Shown in pieces: positions 17,203 to 24,796 of a stretch of 64,000 nucleotides of DNA. A program made the translations under genes and the position numbers. Each line of letters begins with the position of its first letter. Within the stretch, counting starts at the first letter, position 1. This DNA comes from Pseudomonadota bacterium (GTDB lineage Bacteria > Pseudomonadota > Gammaproteobacteria > Arenicellales > UBA868): assembly GCA_002718155.1 (NCBI GenBank), contig PBDS01000019.1, positions 21,227-85,226 of the forward strand, read 5' to 3'. Below the pieces are notes generated by a model. It saw nothing but the letters and a program-made list of their open reading frames with translations. It was not told where the DNA came from and searched no databases.

Positions 17203-17811
17203 ATGGCAGCATCCCAGCCGGCAGCACGCGCACAGACCAGCTTTACCCTGGACCGCGGCGAGGCCGTGCCGGCGGTAGTCGGCGACCCGGACCATTTCCT
17301 GATCATCGCCGGACTCTCCTGGTCGGCCAAGGACGTCGGCAAGCTGACCGGCGAGGCGCCGAACGCCTTCCTCATGGGCGGCGCCATGGGCGGCGCCATC
17401 ACCATGGCCCTGGGGCTTGCCCTGGCCCAGCCCGAGCGGGCCGTGCTGGCGGTATTCGGCGACGGTGAGTGCCTGATGAACGCCGGCAGCCTGTCGACGG
17501 TCGGCTGCACGCAGCCTGCTAACCTCGCAATGCTGTGTGTGGACAACGGCACCTACGGCGAGACCGGCAACCAGCTGACCCACACCGCCGGCAACGCCGA
17601 CCTTGAGATGATCGCCAGGGGCTGCGGCATCGACCGCACTCTGACGGTGCACAGCGAGGATCAGTATGCCGACGCGGCGACCCTGCTGCGCAAGGACGGC
17701 GCACCGCGGTTCGTGCTGCTGCGGGTGAGTGATGCCGCCCCTCCGGCCTACGCGCGCAACTTCGATGCCGTGGAGCGCAAGACACTGTTCAGGCGTGCCC
17801 TGCTGGGTTGA
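17203..17811 (+). CDS. TPP-dependent decarboxylase, beta (ComE-like) half
   Basis: TPP motif GDGECLMNAGSLSTVG...VDNG. The frame is already open from GTG 17152, the codon right after the alpha-half TGA and in the same frame. I place the start at the first ATG (17203); 17152 is the alternative. Confidence 0.7.
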   Translation: MAASQPAARAQTSFTLDRGEAVPAVVGDPDHFLIIAGLSWSAKDVGKLTGEAPNAFLMGGAMGGAITMALGLALAQPERAVLAVFGDGECLMNAGSLSTVGCTQPANLAMLCVDNGTYGETGNQLTHTAGNADLEMIARGCGIDRTLTVHSEDQYADAATLLRKDGAPRFVLLRVSDAAPPAYARNFDAVERKTLFRRALLG

Positions 17812-17906
17812 CAGGATCAACGCGTCAACCTAATTTGCTGCTTTCGGGCTACAGGTTATTGCCCATCACGTTGTATCAAATGCCACCCGCTTCAAGGAGC
17901 TTATTC

Positions 17907-18944
17907 ATGCGTTTACTGATTGTGCTGTTCCTAACCCTTCTCCTCGGCTTCAAAGCCCATGCCCTAGACAGCATCGAGGATTACATCAAGGAATACCCGA
18001 ACCAGGAACAGGTCAAGATGATGCAGGCCTGGCTTGAACACAACAGCCCCGGCACCTTCGGCTTTACCGGCCTGGTCGACCCCAGTGACACCACCGTGGT
18101 CACACCGCAGGCGACTGTCGATTACGGTTATAACTGGTTCAGCCTCTCTGAAGGATCGGCCGTGCTGCACACACCCCGCTACGAGCGATTCTTTTCGGTA
18201 TCGATTTTCGACATGCTGCACAACGTGCCGGCGGTGATCGTCAATCCGGAAAAACCGATCGTGCTGATGCGGCCCGACCAGACCGCGCCCGCTGGCGACT
18301 TTCACGTCGTGGTGCTCGAGACCGACCAGGGCCTCGCCCTCACCCGGATGGTGGTGGTGGGCAATGAAGACGAGGTCACCCGGCTTGGCCAGTCGATCCG
18401 CATGCAAGGCGGTGACGGCAGCATGCGCCGGGACGTGCAACGCTTCTCGCCGGCGATCGAGAAGGCAGCGCTCGCCATCATCACTGCATCGATCGCCTAC
18501 CTGGATCCGGACAAGGCCTTTGGTCAGAAATCAGGCGATGTCGGCTATATCACCGCGGCCGGCGGCGTGATGCTGGGCCAGCTGGGTACGCCGTCTGAGA
18601 CGGTGCGTTACGGCACCATTCTGGTCGATGAAAACGGGCAGCCCTTCAACGGCACCGACACCTATGTGCTGACGGTGCCGGCCGGCATCGTGCACGACGA
18701 TGGTTATTTCTCAATCACCGTCTACGGCTCGGACAACAAGTTGCTGATCGCCAACGACAAGAAGATCTACGACCGCACCCGCTATTCGTCAGAACAAAAC
18801 GCCGACGGCACGTACACCGTGACCCTCGGCCCCGATGGCGAGGGCAAGAACGGAATTCCCACCGGCAAGCCGTTCTACGCGGTACTGCGCGCTTATGTAC
18901 CGGTTGCCGGGGCGGACATGGCCGTAAAAGTCGAGACCCAGTAG
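17907..18944 (+). CDS. Secreted DUF1254/DUF1214-type protein
   Basis: Track ORF trimmed to ATG 17907, preceded by aaggag. Signal peptide MRLLIVLFLTLLLGFKAHA. The strings PRYERFFSVSIFD and DGYFSITVYG...FYAVLRAYVP resemble the DUF1254 and DUF1214 domains (recalled from memory, not searched). Confidence 0.7.
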   Translation: MRLLIVLFLTLLLGFKAHALDSIEDYIKEYPNQEQVKMMQAWLEHNSPGTFGFTGLVDPSDTTVVTPQATVDYGYNWFSLSEGSAVLHTPRYERFFSVSIFDMLHNVPAVIVNPEKPIVLMRPDQTAPAGDFHVVVLETDQGLALTRMVVVGNEDEVTRLGQSIRMQGGDGSMRRDVQRFSPAIEKAALAIITASIAYLDPDKAFGQKSGDVGYITAAGGVMLGQLGTPSETVRYGTILVDENGQPFNGTDTYVLTVPAGIVHDDGYFSITVYGSDNKLLIANDKKIYDRTRYSSEQNADGTYTVTLGPDGEGKNGIPTGKPFYAVLRAYVPVAGADMAVKVETQ

Positions 18945-19217
18945 AGCGCTGCAAAGACCGGCATCAGTGACGATCCGGCCCGGATCGTCACTCGTGATCT
19001 GAAACATCGCGGTCTCAAAGACACCGCTGTGATGCGGGTCCTGCCGGCGCAGACCTCGCCGGTACTCTCGGGTGAGCTGATCTACACCGGAGTCACTCGC
19101 GCCCAAAGATCGCTTGCGATCTGGGGTAGTAGCGACGTGCTCACAGGCACCATCGGGCACAGCGCCCTACCGGCCTGGCCCATAGGCTACAGAGCCCGGC
19201 ATGGGCTAGGGAGATAA
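18945..19217 (+). pseudogene. 3'-terminal remnant of an SF1B (RecD/TraA-like) helicase gene
   Basis: The frame opens directly after the DUF1214 TAG. It reads ...DTAVMRVLPAQTSPVLSGELIYTGVTRAQRSLAIWGSSDVL..., which matches the C-terminal motif VI region of RecD-type helicases (ILPSQ...RELVYTAVTRARRRLSL in E. coli RecD, from memory). No upstream helicase motifs are present. Confidence 0.65.
18966..18992 (+). terminator. 13-bp-arm palindrome/hairpin just downstream of the DUF1214-type gene
   Basis: agtgacgatccgg-c-ccggatcgtcact has perfect 13-nt arms and starts 22 nt after the stop at 18942-18944. No U-run follows, so it is only terminator-like. Confidence 0.4.
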
Positions 19218-19278
19218 CAGTCGGCCATGAAGCCGTGCGTAGCACCAATTTCCTTTGCCTTCTCTCGATCCCCACCTA

Positions 19279-19701
19279 TCACAAGCAAGATAGTAGCTCA
19301 AGAGCGTTGGAAGCCGATGGTACGATCTCCACCGCGTGACCTGCCGAATATATCCGAATCCAGGCCGTCACTCTGGCATTACGTTCTTCTAGAGTATGTG
19401 ATAAGGCATAACAATTAATGTTGTCGTCCTTTCCGAGGTCCGGGTGTTTAGCCAGTATAGTTTCGGCGCTCCCGGAAGAAAGGTCGGCCCACGCTACTGG
19501 GTAGTCGAGGTACAAAATGGTTGGGTTTGGGTCGTTAGGCTGCTGGTTATAAGTAAGCTCAATATACCAATCCATCTGGTAATCCACCTGCGTTCCACCG
19601 CCACAGCCTATGGGTAGCGGAGTCCAAAACACCTCAAATGTACCGGGGATTGCTGTGGAAGATGATGATAGGTGGGGATCAGACATACCCGTGCACGGCA
19701 C
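19279..19701 (-). CDS. Orphan hypothetical protein (possibly the C-terminal part of a TAG-interrupted gene)
   Basis: 140-codon ORF in a ~40-47% GC patch with no motif I recognise (…GTFEVFWTPLPIGCGGGTQVDYQMDWYIELTYNQQPNDPNP…). GTG 19701 and ATG 19686 both lack a clear SD. It is in frame with the upstream ORF across a single TAG. Confidence 0.4.
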   Translation of the reverse strand: MPCTGMSDPHLSSSSTAIPGTFEVFWTPLPIGCGGGTQVDYQMDWYIELTYNQQPNDPNPTILYLDYPVAWADLSSGSAETILAKHPDLGKDDNINCYALSHTLEERNARVTAWIRIYSAGHAVEIVPSASNALELLSCL

Positions 19702-19767
19702 TTCAGAAAGAATCAGCAGAGCACAACGGGAGATTTTCAGGCCGGGATGTAGCCCGCCTGAGCCAGG

Positions 19768-20202
19768 CTAATCCGCAAGCAGTTCACGCACAACGTCCCG
19801 GCAGTTGCCCCCCAGTTCAGCTTCATGGTCGAGCAGGCATTCAATCACCTGCCCCTCCCCGGCTTCGACTATGACTTCGGTGTCATTGACTTTGCTACCG
19901 CAAAAATCAACGATCTCCTGCTCACAGGTCTCGGCAATGACGACGATTGCATCGCCCAGTCCATTGATCACGATCGCGGCATCGTACACGGCAACCGCGC
20001 AGGCTACAGACACTTTGTCCTGGTCGGCGGACAGGCACATCAACAGCCACAGCCGGCCCTCGCCGGTCGTCACGGTGCTGCAGTAGTTGGTCAGCTCGCT
20101 TTGGCAGGCCTCAATGGCCCGTTCAACCGCGTCTTGTGCAAAGACACCGTGACTGAAGATAAGCATTGCGCCAAGGCCAAGCACAGCTCGACCCGTTTTC
20201 AT
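19768..20202 (-). CDS. Secreted cysteine-rich-repeat protein
   Basis: Signal peptide MKTGRAVLGLGAMLIFSHGVFA, then two repeats of C-x7-C-x(n)-G-E-G-x4-CL-x(n)-C: ACQSELTNYC..GEGRLWLLMCL....AC and TCEQEIVDFC..GEGQVIECLL....NC. Confidence 0.75.
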   Translation of the reverse strand: MKTGRAVLGLGAMLIFSHGVFAQDAVERAIEACQSELTNYCSTVTTGEGRLWLLMCLSADQDKVSVACAVAVYDAAIVINGLGDAIVVIAETCEQEIVDFCGSKVNDTEVIVEAGEGQVIECLLDHEAELGGNCRDVVRELLAD

Positions 20203-20281
20203 TGAACTTCATCCCTTCTGATTGTTGATCTTTGCGCTTATGGCGCACCCCTCTTCACGCGCCGAAGCGGGCGGCTCTGGA

Positions 20282-20959
20282 TCAGGCCGCAGCCGCCAGC
20301 CGCACGGCCGCCACCGCCTGCACGACCGCCGCCTGGCTGGGGTCGATGACCGGTACCCCCAGCGCGCGTGCGGCCTGGCTCCTGAACCGGGCCATGCCGG
20401 CACAGCCCAGAATCAGCACGTCAGCACCATGCTCGGAGATCAGCGCACGCCCGACCTCGACCAGCCGGTCGCCGGTTTCGTCGCCCTCAAGGCCGGCAAC
20501 GCCGGTGCCGAGCGGCAGACTCGCGGCATAACGCCCGCTCAGACCCAGCTGACGCACGTAGCGCTGCTGGCGGACCACCGAACCCGGCAGGATGGCGATC
20601 ACGCCGAAGGCCTCACCAAAATTCAGTGCCGTGGAATACGCGCTCTCGGCAATGCCGAACACCGGGCAGGAAGCCACCTCGCGCGCCGAGTGCAGACCGG
20701 GGTCGCTGAAACAGGCCACCACGAAGGCATCGGTGCGGGCATTCTCACGCCGGATCATCTCGCACATCGGGCCGACCACGCCGTCGACATGGCACTGGGT
20801 CTCGATGCCGGGTGGACCCTCGGCGAGCGTCAGACAATCGATATCCGGCCCATCGGCGCTGCGCAGCGGATTCAGCGCGTCGTCGATGCTGGCGGTGACC
20901 GCCTCGGACGAGTTGGGGTTGATCACGACAATCCGCCCGTTTTGCTCTTGAGTGCTCAT
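20282..20959 (-). CDS. Asp/Glu/hydantoin racemase family protein (hydantoin/allantoin-racemase-like)
   Basis: Track ORF trimmed to ATG 20959, preceded by gaggagg. The two catalytic-Cys contexts are VVACFSDPGL and LILGCAGMA. Confidence 0.85.
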   Translation of the reverse strand: MSTQEQNGRIVVINPNSSEAVTASIDDALNPLRSADGPDIDCLTLAEGPPGIETQCHVDGVVGPMCEMIRRENARTDAFVVACFSDPGLHSAREVASCPVFGIAESAYSTALNFGEAFGVIAILPGSVVRQQRYVRQLGLSGRYAASLPLGTGVAGLEGDETGDRLVEVGRALISEHGADVLILGCAGMARFRSQAARALGVPVIDPSQAAVVQAVAAVRLAAAA

Positions 20960-21210
20960 GAACCGGCCTCCTCTGGTTCGGCAGGCCACAGTGCCTGCCC
21001 TGCGCCACGCCCGGACCATTATATCGCCAGCAATCAGCCCGGCAGCGGCACGATCCGGCTCCCCCCGGGCCCTACCGGCCCGTCAGCAGGGGTACCTGTC
21101 CGGTCGAATTTGTTCAAGGATGTGTTGCGCAAAGGCGAATCTGCTATAACGTTTTCCAGAACGACGACCATCCCAGACGAATCAAAAGCCACAGAACAAG
21201 GAGAGACGAC

Positions 21211-22149
21211 ATGGCCAGGGTACTGACCGTAGGGGCGGCCCAGCTCGGCCCCATCCAGAAGGCGGAAAGCCGCACCAGCGTGGTCAACCGCATGCTGGCG
21301 CTGGTGGAAGCGGCCAACGACAAGGGCTGCGATCTGATTGTATTCACCGAACTGTCCCTCACTACCTTCTTCCCGCGCTGGTACATGGAAGACCAGGCCG
21401 AGGTCGACCAGTGGTTCGAGGCCGAGATGCCAGGACCCGACACCCAGGCGTTGTTTGACACCACCCGCCAGTACCAGATGGCCTTTCACCTGGGCTACGC
21501 CGAGCTGATCGAGGAGGAAGGTGAGTTGCACCGCTACAACACCGCCATCCTGGTCGACCGCGACGGGCAGATCGCGGGCAAATACCGCAAGGTGCACCTG
21601 CCAGGGCACGACGAGTTCGATACCGAACGCGATTTCCAGCATCTGGAGAAACGCTACTTCGAGGTCGGTAACCTCGGCTTTCCGGTGTGGCGCTTCCTGG
21701 ACGGGATCTTCGGCATGTGCATCTGCAACGACCGGCGCTGGCCGGAGACCTACCGGGTGATGGGCCTGCAGGGCGTCGAGATGGTGGTGCTGGGCTACAA
21801 CACGCCATCCACCAACTCGCAGTCCGACGAGGCGCCGCACGTGCGCGCCTTTCACAACCTGATCTCGATGCAGGCCGGGGCCTACCAGAACAGCACCTGG
21901 GTGGTCGGCGTTGCCAAGGCTGGCTGCGAAGACGGCCACGACCTGATGGGCGGCAGCGCCATCATCGCACCCACCGGCGAGGTGGTGGCCCAGTGCAGAA
22001 CGCTGGATGACGAACTCATCGTCGCCGACTGCGACCTCGATGCCACAAAGTTCGGCAAGGAGACCATCTTCGATTTCGCCCGCCACCGGCGCATCGAACA
22101 TTACGGCCTGATCACCGAGCGCACCGGCGTGGAACTGCCACCCGAATGA
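21211..22149 (+). CDS. N-carbamoyl-D-amino-acid hydrolase-like (nitrilase superfamily)
   Basis: Glu-Lys-Cys triad contexts are IVFTELS, KYRKVHLP and GMCICNDRRWPETYRVMGLQG. The last is close to the Agrobacterium D-carbamoylase active-site region, as recalled from memory. Confidence 0.85.
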   Translation: MARVLTVGAAQLGPIQKAESRTSVVNRMLALVEAANDKGCDLIVFTELSLTTFFPRWYMEDQAEVDQWFEAEMPGPDTQALFDTTRQYQMAFHLGYAELIEEEGELHRYNTAILVDRDGQIAGKYRKVHLPGHDEFDTERDFQHLEKRYFEVGNLGFPVWRFLDGIFGMCICNDRRWPETYRVMGLQGVEMVVLGYNTPSTNSQSDEAPHVRAFHNLISMQAGAYQNSTWVVGVAKAGCEDGHDLMGGSAIIAPTGEVVAQCRTLDDELIVADCDLDATKFGKETIFDFARHRRIEHYGLITERTGVELPPE

Positions 22150-22156
22150 GCCCGCC

Positions 22157-22981
22157 ATGACCGAGCTGGTGCGCTATGCGGTCGATGGGCCGGTCGCGCT
22201 GATCACGCTGAACCGCCCGGAACGGCTCAACGCCATGGGCCAGGAGATGCTCGAAGAACTCAGCGCCGCCGCAGCCCGTGCCGCCGGCGACGAGGCGGTG
22301 CGCGCCGTGGTACTGACCGGTGCCGGCACTGCCTTCTCCAGCGGGTTCGATCTCAAGGCCCAGGCCGAGAACCGGCCGCAGGGGGTCGAGGCGTGGCGGC
22401 CGGTGCTGCAGCGCGATTTCGATGCCTGCATGGCCTTCTGGCACCTGGAAAAACCCACCGTGGCCGCGGTGCACGGGCCGGCGCTCGCTGGCGCCTGCGA
22501 ACTGGCGATGGCCTGCGACATCACCATCGCATCCGAGAACGCCGTGTTCGGCGAGCCTGAACTGCGCTTCGGGGCCGGCATCGTCTGCCTGTTGCTGCCC
22601 TGGCTGGTGGGTCCTAAAAAGGCCAAGGAGATCATCCTGCTCGGCCTCGACAACGTCAGCGCGGCGGAAGCCCTGCAGATGGGACTGATCAACCGGGTGG
22701 TGCCCGAAGGCCAGGACCTCGACGAGGCGCTGGCCGTGGCCCGGCAGCTCGCCCGGGTCGACCGGCCGCTGATGCGCCAGACCAAACAGGCCATCAACCG
22801 GGCCTACGCCATCATGGGGATGGACCAGGCGCTGGCCGAAGCGCTTGAGATCGACACCCGGATCGAGGGCGAAGGCATGCCGAGCAAGACAGCGTTTCTG
22901 GACATCGCACGAAAAGAAGGCCTGCGCGCGGCGATCGCCTGGCGCGACGGGCGCTTTGCCGGGGATTGCGACCCATCGTAA
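22157..22981 (+). CDS. Enoyl-CoA hydratase/isomerase (crotonase) family
   Basis: 274 aa. VALITLNRPERLNAM...GAGTAFSSGFDL...HGPALAGACELAMACD is the typical crotonase oxyanion-hole region. Confidence 0.9.
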   Translation: MTELVRYAVDGPVALITLNRPERLNAMGQEMLEELSAAAARAAGDEAVRAVVLTGAGTAFSSGFDLKAQAENRPQGVEAWRPVLQRDFDACMAFWHLEKPTVAAVHGPALAGACELAMACDITIASENAVFGEPELRFGAGIVCLLLPWLVGPKKAKEIILLGLDNVSAAEALQMGLINRVVPEGQDLDEALAVARQLARVDRPLMRQTKQAINRAYAIMGMDQALAEALEIDTRIEGEGMPSKTAFLDIARKEGLRAAIAWRDGRFAGDCDPS

Positions 22982-23142
22982 GCCCGCCCTGAAAACTTAG
23001 GCCCGCCATCCCCACCCAGCAGCTGCGGCCCGCGATTATGGTGCCTTCAACGGGCCAGGTTCCGATCCGTATTAACCCTGCAGGGCACAGTGGAAATGGT
23101 TAGCATAAGCGGCTCCGGATCACTAACAACCGAGGAGTTCCC

Positions 23143-23415
23143 ATGGACCTGATGATCACCGCACACATTAAAAGCAGTTACGAGGAATGGAAGGGTCTGT
23201 TCGATGCTGACGCAGGCCCACGGGGCGATCTTTGTGACGAAGCCCGCACGATGGTCGGCAAGGTCGACGAGCGGACGGCCATCATCGCGCTTTTTGATGT
23301 GGACATGGCGGCACTTGGCCAGCGACTGAACGACCCGGAATTCCAGAAGATGACCGAACCGTACGTGGATCACCACGATGTATATACGATCGAGCCCATG
23401 GCACCGCCCGGGTAG
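23143..23415 (+). CDS. Small hypothetical protein (90 aa)
   Basis: ATG preceded by gaggag. Protein-like composition (MDLMITAHIKSSYEEWKGLFDADAG...) but no motif I can name. Confidence 0.55.
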   Translation: MDLMITAHIKSSYEEWKGLFDADAGPRGDLCDEARTMVGKVDERTAIIALFDVDMAALGQRLNDPEFQKMTEPYVDHHDVYTIEPMAPPG

Positions 23416-23475
23416 GTAACAGCGAGCCGAAACGCCGGCCCGCCCGGAGCTGTACCTCAACCCGTGGAGACACTC

Positions 23476-23856
23476 ATGGCACGACCTATCAACACCGAAC
23501 TGCTGGACGCGATCCAGGCCGCTTTCAACACCCATGACGTCGACACCATCCTGTCGCACTTTACCGAGGACTGCGTGTGGCTGATGGCGCGCGGCCCCAA
23601 TGCGCCCGAGGGCCGCCGCTGTACCGGCAAGGCGGCCATCGGCGCAATACTGACCGCCCGCTACAAAGAGATTCCCGACATGCGCTGGGAGGAGATGCGC
23701 CACTGGATCTTCGAGGACACCAAGGCGCTCTCAGAATGGGTGGTGCGCGGCACGCCGCGTAGCGGCGAGCCCTTCGAATACCTGGGCTGCGATCTGTGGG
23801 AGTTCCGCGACGGCCTGGTCAGCAAGAAGGACACCTACTGGAAAACGATCGGCTAG
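23476..23856 (+). CDS. NTF2/SnoaL-like fold protein
   Basis: ATG 23476 preceded by ggaga (the track start GTG 23464 is less likely). ...LLDAIQAAFNTHDVDTILSHFTEDCVW...GKAAIGAIL... is typical of SnoaL-like polyketide-cyclase-fold proteins. Confidence 0.7.
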   Translation: MARPINTELLDAIQAAFNTHDVDTILSHFTEDCVWLMARGPNAPEGRRCTGKAAIGAILTARYKEIPDMRWEEMRHWIFEDTKALSEWVVRGTPRSGEPFEYLGCDLWEFRDGLVSKKDTYWKTIG

Positions 23857-23911
23857 GCGATCCGCCGGCCGATCATCGGTTCAATCCAGAACAAACGGGG
23901 CCTGCATTCGC

Positions 23912-24796
23912 TCAGTGCCGGTCCTTGAGGCCGCCGTGCTGGGCCAGAAGCCGGCTCGCCCGCTGCACGATCGGCTCGTCCAGCATTTTGCCCCGATGCT
24001 CCACCGAACCCCGGCCCTCGGCTTTCGCCTGCTCATAAGCCGCGACGATCTCGCCGGCCTCTGAGACCTCAGCCTCGCTCGGCATCATCTCCTCATTCAG
24101 CACCCTCACCTGCAGCGGGTGAATGCAGAACGAGCCGGCGAAGCCCAGACGCCGGGCCTGCCGGATCATGCCGCGGAACTTCTCCTCGTCGCTGTACTCG
24201 GCGATCGAACCGACGAATCCCAGCGGCACCACACCGGCTGCCCGGGCAGCCAGCATCACCTGCAGCGCCGGGGTGAACAACCCCTCCGGCTCGGGCAGCA
24301 TACCCGTCTCCAGCGAGAAGTCCTCCTGCCCCAGCGTCATCGCCATCACCCTGGGATGGGCCGCGGCGATCTCACGCGCCTGGAAGTAAGCCCCGGGCGT
24401 CTCGATCATGACGATCAGGCGGGTGTGGCCGTTGACAAGCCCACGCTCCATCTCCAGTTCATCGATGATCTCGGCCATGGCACAGACATGACCCGGGTCC
24501 GGTGTCTTGGGCAGCGCCAGAGCACACACCCCGGCACTGACCGCGGCTTCGACATCACGCAGCGCGAGTCGCCACGGGCGGTTGATCCGCACCAGCACAT
24601 CGACGCCCGCCTGGTCCAGGCGGCGCACGGCATCCTGAAGACCTTCCCGGGCAGAGGCCTTCCCGGCCATCGGCACACTGTCTTCCAGATCCAGTATGTA
24701 GGCGTCAGCACCCCGCCCGGCAGCACCGTCGATAAAGCGATCGACGTTGGCTGGCACGAACAGAATCGAGCGCCACAGCGGCAGTTCTTCGTTCAT
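23912..24796 (-). CDS. CitE-like acyl-CoA (citryl/malyl/citramalyl-CoA) lyase, HpcH/HpaI superfamily
   Basis: RSILFVPANVDRFIDGA...DAYILDLEDSV...MIETP matches the citrate-lyase-beta-like family. Its ATG shares one nucleotide (24796) with the upstream gene's TGA. Confidence 0.85.
   Translation of the reverse strand: MNEELPLWRSILFVPANVDRFIDGAAGRGADAYILDLEDSVPMAGKASAREGLQDAVRRLDQAGVDVLVRINRPWRLALRDVEAAVSAGVCALALPKTPDPGHVCAMAEIIDELEMERGLVNGHTRLIVMIETPGAYFQAREIAAAHPRVMAMTLGQEDFSLETGMLPEPEGLFTPALQVMLAARAAGVVPLGFVGSIAEYSDEEKFRGMIRQARRLGFAGSFCIHPLQVRVLNEEMMPSEAEVSEAGEIVAAYEQAKAEGRGSVEHRGKMLDEPIVQRASRLLAQHGGLKDRH

Noticed and set aside
16624-17811. Phosphonate biosynthesis (phosphonopyruvate decarboxylase), or selenocysteine at the TGA separating the two TPP halves.
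   Set aside because: There is no PEP mutase or other phosphonate genes in the window. I see no stem-loop of SECIS type in the ~40 nt after TGA 17149-17151, and no selA/selB/selC nearby. A split enzyme or a nonsense or read-through event remains more plausible.
20960-21210. Sigma70 promoter calls, such as TATAAC near 21160, TTGACA near 58094 and TTGACT near 9945.
   Set aside because: In each case I could not find a partner hexamer at 16-18 nt spacing. Calling promoters by eye here would be guesswork.
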